DNA of 64,000 bases from Candidatus Cloacimonadales bacterium (GCA_963662275.1 OY759316.1:224001-288000); one strand, 5' to 3'; positions 1-12,199 are shown, counted from the stretch's first letter. Notes: generated by a model not told the origin, from the sequence alone. Numbers and translations: made by a program.

Positions 1-2
1 TG

Positions 3-605
3 ACTCAGCCAGCCAATATCGAACCTTATGAAAGTTCCCTGGTACAAGTCCAAAATGTTAGGGTGACAGCTATTCCAACTGCAACATATTATGAATGGAA
101 AGTGACGGATCAGGGAGAGAACATTAATCTCGCTCAAATCGATGACGGTTTTTCAAGTGTTCTTACATTTTCTGGAATCACACCTCCTATCTATCTGAAT
201 GAAACCTGGGCACAGATTCGGGGTATTTGTGATTACAATCATAGTGAATTTGGGATCAATCCACGTTCATATTCAGATTTGAATCGGACAGTTGGTGTAG
301 ATGATGAACAAACTGCTGCTCCTATAAATAATATGGAAGTATATCCTAACCCCATATTTCAAAATACCCATATCAAAGTGACAGATAACCAGGTAAAGGC
401 TGGTGAAAAAGTGAATGTCAAAATCTTTAATATTCGAGGACAACTGGTAAGAGGTATCAAGTTAGAGAGCAAGGATAATAATCAATTTGAAGCAGACTGG
501 GATGGAATTGATCAGAATGGTGGCAAGTGTGCTTCCGGGATATATATGATTCGGACAGATCATGCCGGAAACAGGCTGTCTAAGAAGATTGTGGTGGTGC
601 ATTAG
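3..605 (+). CDS. Secreted protein with C-terminal FlgD-Ig/T9SS-type sorting domain (5'-partial)
   Basis: Frame is open from the window edge (TQPANIEPYESSLVQVQNV...). C-terminus has YPNPIF...IFNIRGQLVR...WDGIDQNGGKCASGIYMI...KKIVVVH, a typical CTD. Confidence 0.8.
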   Translation, partial: TQPANIEPYESSLVQVQNVRVTAIPTATYYEWKVTDQGENINLAQIDDGFSSVLTFSGITPPIYLNETWAQIRGICDYNHSEFGINPRSYSDLNRTVGVDDEQTAAPINNMEVYPNPIFQNTHIKVTDNQVKAGEKVNVKIFNIRGQLVRGIKLESKDNNQFEADWDGIDQNGGKCASGIYMIRTDHAGNRLSKKIVVVH

Positions 606-645
606 AAGAAGGTGTTAGGTCTTAGGTACTAGGTAACAGCAAAGA

Positions 646-714
646 CGGTTCATTGAGTGATTTCTCGGTCATTGAGCGAAGTCGAAATGCGAGAAATTGT
701 TTCGAAATGTACCG
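646..714. repeat. Nested REP-like palindromic element
   Basis: GTCATTGAGCGAAGTCGAAATG sits inside the inverted arms atttctcg/cgagaaat and outer cggt/accg; intergenic. Confidence 0.5.
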
Positions 715-848
715 ATGTTAGAACGTATCTTGGTGCAATCGCTGTTAGCTGTTACCTGTCCGCTGTCAGCTTCTTTTCTCAAATTCATTGACATAAAACC
801 GATAATAAAAGAACGATTCATAAATTTATACTTGCGATGGAGGTCACT

Positions 849-1727
849 ATGCTTCAAGGTTCTTATGTTGCTCTCGTTACGCCGTTTAAACATAACGAAG
901 TGGATTATAATGCTTTGGAAAAATTACTTGATTTTCACTTGAATAATCATACGGACGGTATGGTTCTGTTAGGAACCACCGCAGAAACAGCTTCCCTGGC
1001 AAACGATGAAAAAGAACGTATCCTGGCTTTTGCCCTGAAGCATCTGAATCATAAACTGCCAATTATGATCGGGACAGGTACTTACAATTTTCATCAGACT
1101 TTAGCTAATACTATTCGAGCTAAGGAATTGGGTGCTGATTATGCTCTCATCGTTACCCCATATTACATCAAACCCACACAGGAAGGAATGTATCAATACT
1201 ATAAAGCGATTGCAGAAAAAGTTGATATGCCGATAGTTCTCTATAATGTGCCGGGAAGAACGGGTGTAAGTATCAGTTCTGAAACGACTGTTCGTCTTGC
1301 GAATGATTTCCAGAACATAGTAGGTATCAAAGAGGCATCAGGCAATTTGGTACAAGTGTCAGAAATTGTCAGAGATTCACCGAAAGGTTTTGTGGTTTTA
1401 TCCGGTGAGGATGCCTTGAATATGCCAATCATGGCTTGTGGCGGTAAAGGCACAGTATCTGTGACAGCCAATATCATTCCTGACCATATGCATCGTTTAA
1501 TCAAAGCATGCTTGAACAACAATTATGAGGAAGCCCTGGATCTGCATTTGGAACAAGTGCTGATAAATCAGCTTATGTTCATAGAAACCAGCCCTACTCC
1601 TGCTAAAACAGCATTGAGCATGATGGGAATGATAAACCCTGATGTCAGGTTACCTTTATACCAATTGAAGGATGAAAATCGCTTGAAAGTTGAATCTGGA
1701 ATCAGGAAATTTGGATTGATAAAGTAA
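849..1727 (+). CDS. dapA: 4-hydroxy-tetrahydrodipicolinate synthase
   Basis: Motifs ALVTPF, GTTAE, LYNVPGRTG, GIKEASG. ATG at 849 follows a GGAGG RBS. Confidence 0.95.
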   Translation: MLQGSYVALVTPFKHNEVDYNALEKLLDFHLNNHTDGMVLLGTTAETASLANDEKERILAFALKHLNHKLPIMIGTGTYNFHQTLANTIRAKELGADYALIVTPYYIKPTQEGMYQYYKAIAEKVDMPIVLYNVPGRTGVSISSETTVRLANDFQNIVGIKEASGNLVQVSEIVRDSPKGFVVLSGEDALNMPIMACGGKGTVSVTANIIPDHMHRLIKACLNNNYEEALDLHLEQVLINQLMFIETSPTPAKTALSMMGMINPDVRLPLYQLKDENRLKVESGIRKFGLIK

Positions 1728-1735
1728 ATATAAAC

Positions 1736-1832
1736 GTGGAGTAGGATTCCAATCCTACTGAATACGAAACACTAGAACGTAGTTTCCTGAAGAAAACTTC
1801 AGTGGCATAAGATTCCGATCTTATGGAACACG
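1736..1832. repeat. Pair of GTGG-led REP-like palindromes
   Basis: gtgg-AGTAGGATT-cc-AATCCTACT (1740-1759) and gtgg-CATAAGAT-tccg-ATCTTATG (1806-1825). Confidence 0.55.
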
Positions 1833-1907
1833 ATACTATAACCTCTTGAAGTAGGCGTCACAAGTGTTACAAAATAGATTTAAAAAATATGGATAGTAGG
1901 AGTTACA

Positions 1908-4841
1908 ATGAATTTGGAACAGAACCAGGTTTATTATGGTTTTCGTCTGAAATGGATCAAAGAAGTTAAGGAAATGAATTCTGCAGTATATTTTTTTACA
2001 CATGAAAAAACTGGTGCGGAATTAATGTATATGAAAAATGAAGATACTAATAAGGTCTTTTCTGTATTTTTTAAAACTCCACCGGAAGATAGTACAGGCT
2101 GCCCTCATATATTAGAGCATTCTGTTTTGAACGGTTCTAAACGCTTTCCGATTAAAGATCCTTTTACTGAACTTGTGAAGGGTTCATTGAACACTTTTCT
2201 GAACGCTTTCACTTCTTCCGATAAAACCATGTACCCTTTTGCCAGTATGAATCATAAGGATTTTCGTAATCTGATGGAAGTGTATCTTGATTCTGTCTTT
2301 TTCCCTAATATCTATCAATATCCTGAAATTTTCTGGCAGGAAGGCTGGCATCATGAGTTCAGTGAAAATGGCGAGTTGATATACAAAGGTGTTGTTTATA
2401 ACGAAATGAAAGGGGCTTTTTCTTCACCGGAAAGTGTGCTTTATCGCATGGTGCAATCAGTTCAAAATCCGGATAATGCTTATTTCTTTGAATCAGGTGG
2501 TGATCCTGAAGTAATACCGGAGCTTACCTATGAGAAATTTTGCAGCTTTCATAAAAAACATTATCATCCAAGTAACAGCCGTATCTTCTTGTATGGGGAT
2601 TTAGATCTGGAATCTGCATTTCAATTGATTGATGGTCAATATCTCAGCCAGTTTGATAAACTTGAAATTGATTTGACCATCAAACCACAAAGACCTTTTG
2701 ATCAACCGATTGAAGTTGTGGAGAAATATCCCATATCTTCATCTGATGATTCTTCAGAAAAGACGTATATGAGCTTGAATTTTACACTGCCGGATGTCAG
2801 GGATGCCGAAACATGTCTTGCCTTTTCGATTTTAAGACATATGCTCCTGGAAACGCCTGCTGCTCCATTAAAGAAAGCTATCCTTGAAGCAAAAATAGGT
2901 AAAGATGTTTTAGCTGTATTTGATGATGGGATCATGCAGCCGATTTTCGAGATCATTGTTAAAAATACAGAAACTGCCAGGAAAAATGAATTCAAGGAAG
3001 TTGTACGTCAAACACTTCAGCATCTTGTAAGGGATGGAATCGATAAAACATTAGTCGAAGCCTCCCTAAATCAATTGGAATTCCAATTAAGAGAAGCTGA
3101 AATGGGTCGTTTCCCCAAAGGTTTATACTATGGTTATACTGCTAGTAAGACTTGGCTTCATAATGCAGATCCACTTCTGTATCTTGAATATGAGAAACTG
3201 CTTCCAACATTCAAGAAAGCTCTCACAGAACCCTATTTTGAAAGTTTGATCGATAAATATCTGATAAACAATCCACATAGCAGTCTCCTGATTCTCGAAC
3301 CAAGCAAAACCTTGTCGGAAGAAAGGGAGAAAAAAACTAAAACTGATTTGAATCAGTACTTATCTGGTTTAACACCAGAACAGAGAATATCCTTGAAGTC
3401 TGATAATGAAAGACTTATGAAGCGCCAGAAGACTCCTGAAGCCCCTGAAGCATTGAATGTAATGCCACACCTTACCTTAGAAGATTTGGATACAGAAATC
3501 AAGAAACTACCATTGGAATGTGTCCAGGAGAATGGATTTCAGTTGCTTTTACATTCTCAGTTTACCAGTAAGATATTGTATATGGTAGCATATTTTGATA
3601 CACGTGTCTTACCCTTTGAGGACATTTTATACTTAGTTATCTTAGCCAAAACATTGGGAAATATTGATATAAAAGAAATGGATTATGCCAATTTATCAAA
3701 TGAAGTGAATATCCATACTGGTGGAATTCACGGCAGCCTGGAAAATCACTCAAATGCCCATGTTTTGGATATGGTTACACCAAAGCTAAGTCTTTATGGG
3801 AAAGCTTTAAGTTCAAAGATTCCTGAGCTGTTTAAATATTCTGCTCTGATCTTAAGCAGAACTGTTTTTCAGAATCATGACAGATTACTGGAAATCATCA
3901 GGGAAATGAAATCTTCCATTGAAATGGCTTTGATGCGTGCAGGACATCTTACAGCCATAACAAGGTTATGTTCAGGTTTCACACCAAGCCATGCTGTTTC
4001 AGAGATGTCTAAAGGTATCTCTCAATATCACTTTCTGGCAGATTTGGAAGCGAACTTCGATGAGCGTTATCAGACTCTGGCTGATAAGCTTGAAGATGTT
4101 CGAAGTATCATATTCCGTCCAGGTAACCTGATTCTCAGTCTAACTGGGGATGAAGAAGATATTACTGCAGCAAGAAAGTTAATACCACTTTTAATAGAGG
4201 AATTGCCCAAAGAAATCTTACCTTTAACGCAATATCCTTTTATAGAACAGCAAAAAAATGAAGCTCTTCTAGCTCCTGCTGAAATACAATATGTAGCACA
4301 AGGGTATAATTTCCTAAAACTAGGTCATGAGTATTCTGGAAAGATGCTCGTAACAAAATCGATCCTGTCTACGGATTTCCTCTATAACAAGATCAGAGTC
4401 CAGGGTGGTGCTTATGGGGCTTTATGTAATTTCTACAGAAGCGGTAATGTATTCTTCTGTTCTTACCGAGATCCCAATTTAAAAGAGACTTATGATGTAT
4501 ATTCAGGGATCAGTGAATACATGCGTAACTTCGATTGTAGTGACCGTGATATAACTAAATACATCATTGGTACAATAGCAGAATTGGATATGCCCCTGAC
4601 TCCAGCGATGAAAGGAAATAAAGCGGCTTCCAATTATCTTGCAGGAATCACGGATGAGGATCGTCAGAAGGAACGAACTGAAGTCCTGAAAGCCATTCCC
4701 CAGGATGTTAGGGATTTGGCTGATTTAGTAGATCAAATTATAGAAAAGAATTTTATCTGTACATTTGGAAATGAGAAAAAGATACGTGAAAATAGTGATT
4801 TATTCAAAGTATTGGTACCGGTATTCTCTTCAAAAAGCTAG
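1908..4841 (+). CDS. Insulinase-family (M16C, presequence protease-like) Zn-metallopeptidase
   Basis: HILEHSVLNGS (HXXEH), FLNAFT, GVVYNEMKG, RVQGGAYG, SYRDP; 977 aa. Confidence 0.93.
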   Translation: MNLEQNQVYYGFRLKWIKEVKEMNSAVYFFTHEKTGAELMYMKNEDTNKVFSVFFKTPPEDSTGCPHILEHSVLNGSKRFPIKDPFTELVKGSLNTFLNAFTSSDKTMYPFASMNHKDFRNLMEVYLDSVFFPNIYQYPEIFWQEGWHHEFSENGELIYKGVVYNEMKGAFSSPESVLYRMVQSVQNPDNAYFFESGGDPEVIPELTYEKFCSFHKKHYHPSNSRIFLYGDLDLESAFQLIDGQYLSQFDKLEIDLTIKPQRPFDQPIEVVEKYPISSSDDSSEKTYMSLNFTLPDVRDAETCLAFSILRHMLLETPAAPLKKAILEAKIGKDVLAVFDDGIMQPIFEIIVKNTETARKNEFKEVVRQTLQHLVRDGIDKTLVEASLNQLEFQLREAEMGRFPKGLYYGYTASKTWLHNADPLLYLEYEKLLPTFKKALTEPYFESLIDKYLINNPHSSLLILEPSKTLSEEREKKTKTDLNQYLSGLTPEQRISLKSDNERLMKRQKTPEAPEALNVMPHLTLEDLDTEIKKLPLECVQENGFQLLLHSQFTSKILYMVAYFDTRVLPFEDILYLVILAKTLGNIDIKEMDYANLSNEVNIHTGGIHGSLENHSNAHVLDMVTPKLSLYGKALSSKIPELFKYSALILSRTVFQNHDRLLEIIREMKSSIEMALMRAGHLTAITRLCSGFTPSHAVSEMSKGISQYHFLADLEANFDERYQTLADKLEDVRSIIFRPGNLILSLTGDEEDITAARKLIPLLIEELPKEILPLTQYPFIEQQKNEALLAPAEIQYVAQGYNFLKLGHEYSGKMLVTKSILSTDFLYNKIRVQGGAYGALCNFYRSGNVFFCSYRDPNLKETYDVYSGISEYMRNFDCSDRDITKYIIGTIAELDMPLTPAMKGNKAASNYLAGITDEDRQKERTEVLKAIPQDVRDLADLVDQIIEKNFICTFGNEKKIRENSDLFKVLVPVFSSKS

Positions 4842-4874
4842 GTAGCATCCACTTCAGCGGATATAAGGAAGATA

Positions 4875-5945
4875 ATGCAAAAGAAAAAAGATAAGAAACG
4901 GCATACCAGATCAGCACCCAGGCTCATGAATGTTGAGTTTGGTGATTTGGATATGTTGGATAATACCGAGTATGACCATGATCGAAAAAGCTCACATCGT
5001 TCCGTGGAACACGGCACAAAATCATTCAAAAATGATATGGTGCTTGAAAAAGGACGAATTGTGGAAGTAAAATCAAATTATAGCTGTATCGTTCAATTGC
5101 CGGACAGAAAAGTTGTCTGTTCCTTGAGTGGCAGATTGAAACAGTTTCGTTTTGAAACTCGTGTTTTAGCTGCGGTTGGGGATTGGGTCAGTGTAAATAT
5201 AAGTAATCCTGATCATGCTCGGATTGAAGATATTTTTCCCCGTAAGAATAGACTTTCCCGCTATACAGAGGGAAGCTTTCAAACAGAAATTATCCTTGCT
5301 TCCAATATAGATCAGATTATCATCACGACTTCAGCAAGATTACCAATGATTAAACCCGGTCTTGTAGATCGTTATCTTTGTATTGCACATATCCAGGGTT
5401 TAGAAGCTATTGTATGTGTGAATAAAATGGATCTGGCCGATAATCCTGTAGAGATTAGACAAATCTGTTCCTATTATGAAAAGTGCGGTATTCCTGTTGT
5501 TTATACATCAACCGTGACCGGTGAAGGTATGGATGAATTGAGGCAACTTCTCAAAGATCGTGATTCAATTTTTTCTGGTCAGTCCGGGGTAGGTAAATCA
5601 ACACTTATCAATGCTATTCAACCTGAGTTAGCTTTGAAGATTGGCGAAATCAGCATGTTCAACGAAAAGGGAAAACACACGACGACACAGGCAATTATGC
5701 TGGAGTGGGATTTTGGCGGACATCTTGTTGATACACCTGGATTAAAGACAATCAATCTACATCGCGAAGATAAACCAAGAGTGCCTGAGATTTTTCCTGG
5801 ATTTGAAGAATTGAGACTTCGATGTAAATTCCCCGATTGTTCTCATTTTCATGAAGAAGGATGTGCAATACAATCTGCTGTTGAATTTGGTGAAATTCCC
5901 TATGAACGATATGAATCATACCAACGAATCTATGAATCATTGTAA
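4875..5945 (+). CDS. rsgA: Ribosome small subunit-dependent GTPase A
   Basis: Circularly permuted G motifs NKMD, GQSGVGKS, GKHTT, DTPG, and Zn finger CKFPDCSHFHEEGC. Confidence 0.95.
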   Translation: MQKKKDKKRHTRSAPRLMNVEFGDLDMLDNTEYDHDRKSSHRSVEHGTKSFKNDMVLEKGRIVEVKSNYSCIVQLPDRKVVCSLSGRLKQFRFETRVLAAVGDWVSVNISNPDHARIEDIFPRKNRLSRYTEGSFQTEIILASNIDQIIITTSARLPMIKPGLVDRYLCIAHIQGLEAIVCVNKMDLADNPVEIRQICSYYEKCGIPVVYTSTVTGEGMDELRQLLKDRDSIFSGQSGVGKSTLINAIQPELALKIGEISMFNEKGKHTTTQAIMLEWDFGGHLVDTPGLKTINLHREDKPRVPEIFPGFEELRLRCKFPDCSHFHEEGCAIQSAVEFGEIPYERYESYQRIYESL

Positions 5946-5957
5946 GGATAGGTTTTA

Positions 5958-6818
5958 ATGAAACATTTCGGAGTTTATTTAAATCCAAGTTATGCTCATA
6001 AAAATGAAGTTTATGATATTTTACTTTCTATGCATGCAACCAAGGATATTCATTTTTATGGTTTACCGGAACAAAAGTCAGTTTTACCACCCTTCATACG
6101 TTGTGATGCTGATCTTGAGAATGGAAAGCCCAAACTTGCATGTATCTTGGTTTTCGGTGGAGATGGCACCATCATGCGTGCCAAGAAAATGGCTTTGGAT
6201 ACTGGATCTCCGATATTGGGTATCAATATCGGTAACTTAGGATTTTTATCCGAAAGTACTTTGAAAGATGTAAAAAAATCCATGGAGTCTTTATTCCGAA
6301 ATCATTATGAGATTCAAACTCGCATGTTGTTAGAAATCAAATTGAAGCGAAAGGGTAAAATCATCGCTTCTGAACTTGCTCTAAATGATGCCGTTATTTA
6401 TAAGGCAATTACTCCAAGGCTGATCGAGATCAGAGTCTATTCAAACCGTAGGCTTGTTATTGATGCCCGTTGTGATGGAATAGTTGCATCATCCCCTACC
6501 GGATCGACTGCATACTCGCTTTCTGCCGGAGGACCTATATTATCTCCCCTGATGGATGCCATTGTTGTCAGTCCTCTAAATCCTCATATCTTAGCAACTC
6601 GACCCATTGTTTTTCCTGCCAGCGATACATTGAGCTTTAAAATGATGCAGATATACCAAATGGCTGTTCTGCAAATTGATGGGCAGAATGTACATGACCT
6701 GGAAAATGGGGATGAAGTATTTGTTACAGCAGCCAAACAAAAGATCAGTTTTATCAAACTTAATAAACAAACATTCTACCAGATTCTTCGAAAAAAAATG
6801 CATATGGGAAGACTATGA
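5958..6818 (+). CDS. nadK: NAD kinase
   Basis: GGDGT, GNLGFL, LNDAV, SPTGSTAYSLSAGGP; located upstream of recN. Confidence 0.95.
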   Translation: MKHFGVYLNPSYAHKNEVYDILLSMHATKDIHFYGLPEQKSVLPPFIRCDADLENGKPKLACILVFGGDGTIMRAKKMALDTGSPILGINIGNLGFLSESTLKDVKKSMESLFRNHYEIQTRMLLEIKLKRKGKIIASELALNDAVIYKAITPRLIEIRVYSNRRLVIDARCDGIVASSPTGSTAYSLSAGGPILSPLMDAIVVSPLNPHILATRPIVFPASDTLSFKMMQIYQMAVLQIDGQNVHDLENGDEVFVTAAKQKISFIKLNKQTFYQILRKKMHMGRL

Positions 6819-8521
6819 TTCGAAAATTGAAATTACTCAATTTCATCTTAGTAACTGAGATAGAACTTGAATTCAGTGATGGATTACAAGTCATAACCGG
6901 TGAAACCGGGGCGGGTAAATCAATTTTAGTCGGAGCATTGAGTCTAATTCTTGGTGGTACTCTACGCCAGTACCAGGCATTTGATGTAAGTAAGTCAATC
7001 TTTTTGGAGGCTGTTTTCTCTGTTGAAAAAGAACAAAAAGGTCTTCAACATCTTCTTGAACAATATGGCATTGATGAGGACGAAGAACTTATTCTGGCGA
7101 AGGAGATAAATCCAGCGGGTAAGATCACATGTTATCTCAATGGCAGAAAAGTAACGAATAATACATTAAAAGAATTCGGTGAAGAATTATTAGATTTTCA
7201 TGGGCAGAATGAACATCAGCGTTTGCTGCAGCGTTCTTATCAATTAGATCTCTTGGATGAATTTGGTAATTTGATGGAAATGCGAGATTCTTTCCGATCT
7301 CAGTATCATTCTTTATTGGATAAGTGCACTGAACTGCAGGGCATGAAGTTAGCTGAACAATCTTTAAAGGATAAAATGGAATTGTTCAAGTATCAAAAGG
7401 ATGAAATTGAGGAAGCAAGGCTAACTTTAAATGAAGATGAGGATTTGCAAAAGGAACTGAATATTTTAACCCATGCAGGTGAAATACAGCAACTTACCAG
7501 TGAAGGTCTGCATTTTCTCTATGAAGGTGATCAAACATCATATGATCAACTAAATACATTTATCAGTAAATTATCTCACTATACAACAGATCATGTTCAT
7601 ATTGCTGCTTCGGTTCAACATCTTAATGATTGCCTTGGCTACCTGGATGAAGCGATACAAGAATTACGTCTGTTACAGGATTCAGTTCAAATTGATGATC
7701 AGCGTCTTGTCGAAGTGGAACAACGCTGGAATGAAATCAATCGGTTTAAAGCGAAGTATCGGGTGCAGAAAATAGATGATGTAATTATTTATTTGAATAT
7801 GATTAACCAGAGTTTGAGAGACTATCAATCCAATCAGAAACAAATTTCAGATCTGGCTGAGATAATTCAGTCAGATTGTGCGAAATTAAAGTCACAGGCA
7901 GATGTTTTAACTGATTCACGGAAAAAGGCAGCGATCCAATTCAGTGCTCTTGTTGAGGAGAATATTCACCAATTAGCAATTCCTGATGGTAAAATAGAAA
8001 TACAATTTGACAAAAAACAGGATATAATTGATAAAACACAGGATGCTTTATTATATTATAACGATAGAGGTCAGGATGGCATTGATTTTTATTTCTCAGC
8101 CAATCGTGGAAGTCCTATTCAATTATTAAAACATGCTGTTTCAGGCGGTGAACTATCACGCTTGTTACTTGCGATTAAGAAAATTTTGTCCGATAAATTA
8201 GAAAAAAGAGTGATTGTGTTTGATGAAATAGATGCCGGAATCGGGGGTAAAACGGCTGATAGTCTGGCTGGTTTTATAAGATCGATTGCGAAATATCACC
8301 AAGTTCTTTGTATCACGCATCTACCACAGATTGCAGCAGCAGCAACGCATCAATATGCAATCGAGAAAAAGGCAAGGAAAGATAAAACAGAGATGTATGT
8401 GGAATTGTTGTTACCTGACGAACGTGTTCATGAAATAGCCCGGATGTTATCAGGAATGACGACAGAAACTGCACTACAACATGCGAATGAACTACTAAAC
8501 AGAAATAGAGGGAGGGACTAA
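6815..8521 (+). CDS. recN: DNA repair protein RecN
   Basis: ITGETGAGKS, SGGELSR, FDEIDAGIGG, ITHLPQIAA, EIARMLSG. Confidence 0.96.
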   Translation: MIRKLKLLNFILVTEIELEFSDGLQVITGETGAGKSILVGALSLILGGTLRQYQAFDVSKSIFLEAVFSVEKEQKGLQHLLEQYGIDEDEELILAKEINPAGKITCYLNGRKVTNNTLKEFGEELLDFHGQNEHQRLLQRSYQLDLLDEFGNLMEMRDSFRSQYHSLLDKCTELQGMKLAEQSLKDKMELFKYQKDEIEEARLTLNEDEDLQKELNILTHAGEIQQLTSEGLHFLYEGDQTSYDQLNTFISKLSHYTTDHVHIAASVQHLNDCLGYLDEAIQELRLLQDSVQIDDQRLVEVEQRWNEINRFKAKYRVQKIDDVIIYLNMINQSLRDYQSNQKQISDLAEIIQSDCAKLKSQADVLTDSRKKAAIQFSALVEENIHQLAIPDGKIEIQFDKKQDIIDKTQDALLYYNDRGQDGIDFYFSANRGSPIQLLKHAVSGGELSRLLLAIKKILSDKLEKRVIVFDEIDAGIGGKTADSLAGFIRSIAKYHQVLCITHLPQIAAAATHQYAIEKKARKDKTEMYVELLLPDERVHEIARMLSGMTTETALQHANELLNRNRGRD

Positions 8522-8523
8522 TT

Positions 8524-9417
8524 ATGGCCCTAAAAAGAAGGATTAAAACCGGAATTGCGGTAATGATAATTATCTTTGCTTTTTTAACAGCATATATGAC
8601 AAATAGGGGGAGCATATCTCCATATGAAGGAAAAGAGAATTTTAGCAAGGTTGAACATGTCTTTGATTTTTCGGATAATAATTCTAAACTGAAAGTTGAG
8701 ATGAGTATTTCTGATTTACAGAGGAATCAAGATTCTTTTACCAAGCTGCTTGCACTTCCTGAGATGATCCATAACTATCATGAAGTCATTGGAAAGCAAT
8801 CTGTATATCTTCTTGAAATTCCTTCCCAGATGAAAGATACTTTCATAATGGACGCCAAGAAAGTTGGTAGAGTTGTCATTTCGAAAGAGATAACTCGTGT
8901 GACTGAAGTTGACCCCAATTTGGAAACTAAATTAGCTGATTTCAAACTCATAAAACAACAACTTATTGAAGATATTTCCAAAAGAAGAGAAGCTTCTGAT
9001 TATAAGATTACGCGTATCAAGGATCTCCAAGCCACGATTGATAGTTTGACAACGAGCCTGCAAGCTCGTGAACATAATCGGAATATGAGTTTGATTTATC
9101 TGATTTTAACGGATGCAACTTCACAGAGAGCAAATCCTTTTCATAGTTTACTATCTTTCCTCAAACAAGTGCTCTTTAATGTACTCATATATTCGGTAAT
9201 AGTAATAGGTGCGTATTATGGTTCACGCCTCCTGGTAGCATTTATGACATATATGGGGGTGCGGAGTTCATCAAGTACCGGTGCATATCGTTATGGTGGT
9301 AAATATGGATATGGATACAGCTATGGCTCTTCAAATCGGAAACGCAAGATAAAGAGAATTTATAAAGGAAATGTTCCCAAAGAACCTGATGAAGAGGATG
9401 AAACACTCCCCAAATAA
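8524..9417 (+). CDS. Membrane-anchored coiled-coil protein, possibly DUF4349-like
   Basis: N-terminal hydrophobic segment, coiled-coil middle, C-terminal TM segment, then a G/Y-rich and basic tail; translationally adjacent to recN. Confidence 0.55.
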   Translation: MALKRRIKTGIAVMIIIFAFLTAYMTNRGSISPYEGKENFSKVEHVFDFSDNNSKLKVEMSISDLQRNQDSFTKLLALPEMIHNYHEVIGKQSVYLLEIPSQMKDTFIMDAKKVGRVVISKEITRVTEVDPNLETKLADFKLIKQQLIEDISKRREASDYKITRIKDLQATIDSLTTSLQAREHNRNMSLIYLILTDATSQRANPFHSLLSFLKQVLFNVLIYSVIVIGAYYGSRLLVAFMTYMGVRSSSSTGAYRYGGKYGYGYSYGSSNRKRKIKRIYKGNVPKEPDEEDETLPK

Positions 9418-9431
9418 CAGGAGGTTAAGTT

Positions 9432-9887
9432 ATGAGCGATTTTTCACCTTGGATGTACTGGGTTGCAGCAGGAATTATCTGCGTCATTATTGAAATCTTC
9501 TATCCGGCTTTCTTTTTTCTCAGTATAGGAATTGCCGCTATCATTACTGGAATCTTGGCATCTCTGCATGTTATTTCCAGTTTTGTTGTTCTACAAATCA
9601 TTATATTCGGTGTCGTTAGTATTCTGACCTTCCTGAGTATGAAGAAATTAGGAAAAAAGATCATATCTGAACCGACAAAACCAACTAATGTCTATGCTTT
9701 AATCGGGAAATCTGGTCATGTCACAACCAATATACCCTCCGTCGGTCGCGGTCATGTTAAGATCGGAGGGGAAGAATGGTCTGCAACATCAAAAACCGGT
9801 GAATCAATTGCTACCGGTACCATGATCGTCGTTGTCGAATTAGATGGCAATAAAGTGATCGTGGAAAGCAAAAAGGATGAATCATGA
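9432..9887 (+). CDS. NfeD-family membrane protein (short form)
   Basis: Three TM helices plus an OB-like domain (LIGKSG...GHVKIGGEEWSA); directly upstream of an SPFH gene. Confidence 0.9.
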   Translation: MSDFSPWMYWVAAGIICVIIEIFYPAFFFLSIGIAAIITGILASLHVISSFVVLQIIIFGVVSILTFLSMKKLGKKIISEPTKPTNVYALIGKSGHVTTNIPSVGRGHVKIGGEEWSATSKTGESIATGTMIVVVELDGNKVIVESKKDES

Positions 9888-10828
9888 CACTCCCTATTGT
9901 ACTAATCATATTTGTCATACTTGTGATATCCATTATTTCGAAAGGATTGATCATCGTCCGTCAGGCTGAAGTCGTTATAATTGAAAGACTCGGTAGATAT
10001 CATGTTACCTTGACAAGCGGATTGCATTTGATCGTTCCAATTTTTGATCGTCCTCGACCCATTCATTGGCGTTATGTTCGTAATGATATGCGTGGAAATG
10101 CAATGGTCGTAATGCGCGTTGAAAATAGAATTGATCTTCGTGAAACTGTCTATGATTTTCCCCGCCAAAAAGTGATTACCAGTGATAACGTAACGATCGA
10201 TATCAATGCACTACTCTATTTCCAAGTCACAGATCCCTATAAAGCAGTCTATGAAATCGGTAATCTTCCGGATGCAATAGAAAAACTAACACAAACAACT
10301 TTACGTAATGTTATTGGTGAAATGGAATTGGATAAATGCCTGATATCACGAGATACAATCAATACTAAACTGAGAAATATACTGGATGAAGCTACTGATA
10401 AATGGGGTGTGAAAGTCAATCGTGTGGAATTGCAGGATATCATGCCACCTAAGGAAATTCAAACTGCGATGGAAAAACAGATGCGTGCTGAACGAGACAA
10501 ACGTGCTCGTATCCTGGAAGCTGATGGTGAAAGAGAATACCAGGTAAGGGTCGCGGATGGTGACCGCCAGGCTAAGATCAACCGTGCCCAGGGTGAAGCA
10601 GAAGCCAAGCTGTTAGTCGCTGATGCAGAAAAAAGGTCAATCCAGATGATTGCAGAAGCAGTTTCCATGACTAAAACAGATCCTGCCCAATATATGCTCG
10701 CTTTAAAGTATATCATTGCCTTTACTGATATTGTCCAGAAAGGTGATAAGACAGTGGTCGTACCTTATGAAGCGACTGCAATGTTGGGATCGATCAAGAT
10801 GATGGAGCAATTGTTTAAAACAACATAA
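9884..10828 (+). CDS. SPFH/band-7 (stomatin/QmcA-like) protein
   Basis: IIERLGRY, TTLRNVIG, WGVKVNRVEL, QMRAER. Confidence 0.93.
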   Translation: MTLPIVLIIFVILVISIISKGLIIVRQAEVVIIERLGRYHVTLTSGLHLIVPIFDRPRPIHWRYVRNDMRGNAMVVMRVENRIDLRETVYDFPRQKVITSDNVTIDINALLYFQVTDPYKAVYEIGNLPDAIEKLTQTTLRNVIGEMELDKCLISRDTINTKLRNILDEATDKWGVKVNRVELQDIMPPKEIQTAMEKQMRAERDKRARILEADGEREYQVRVADGDRQAKINRAQGEAEAKLLVADAEKRSIQMIAEAVSMTKTDPAQYMLALKYIIAFTDIVQKGDKTVVVPYEATAMLGSIKMMEQLFKTT

Positions 10829-12136
<1,308 letters not shown>

Positions 12137-12166
12137 TTAATGCATATGGATAAGCTTTGTATATCG

Positions 12167-12199
12167 AAATGGCAGACTTAACGGTCTGCCATTTTATTT
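12167..12199 (+). terminator. Intrinsic terminator after eno
   Basis: AAATGGCAGAC-ttaacg-GTCTGCCATTT followed by a T-rich run. Confidence 0.75.

Noticed and set aside
669..942. Short ORFs 669-893 and 697-942, and other small antisense or overlapping ORFs throughout the track
   Set aside because: They overlap repeats or well-supported genes and have no motifs or RBS.
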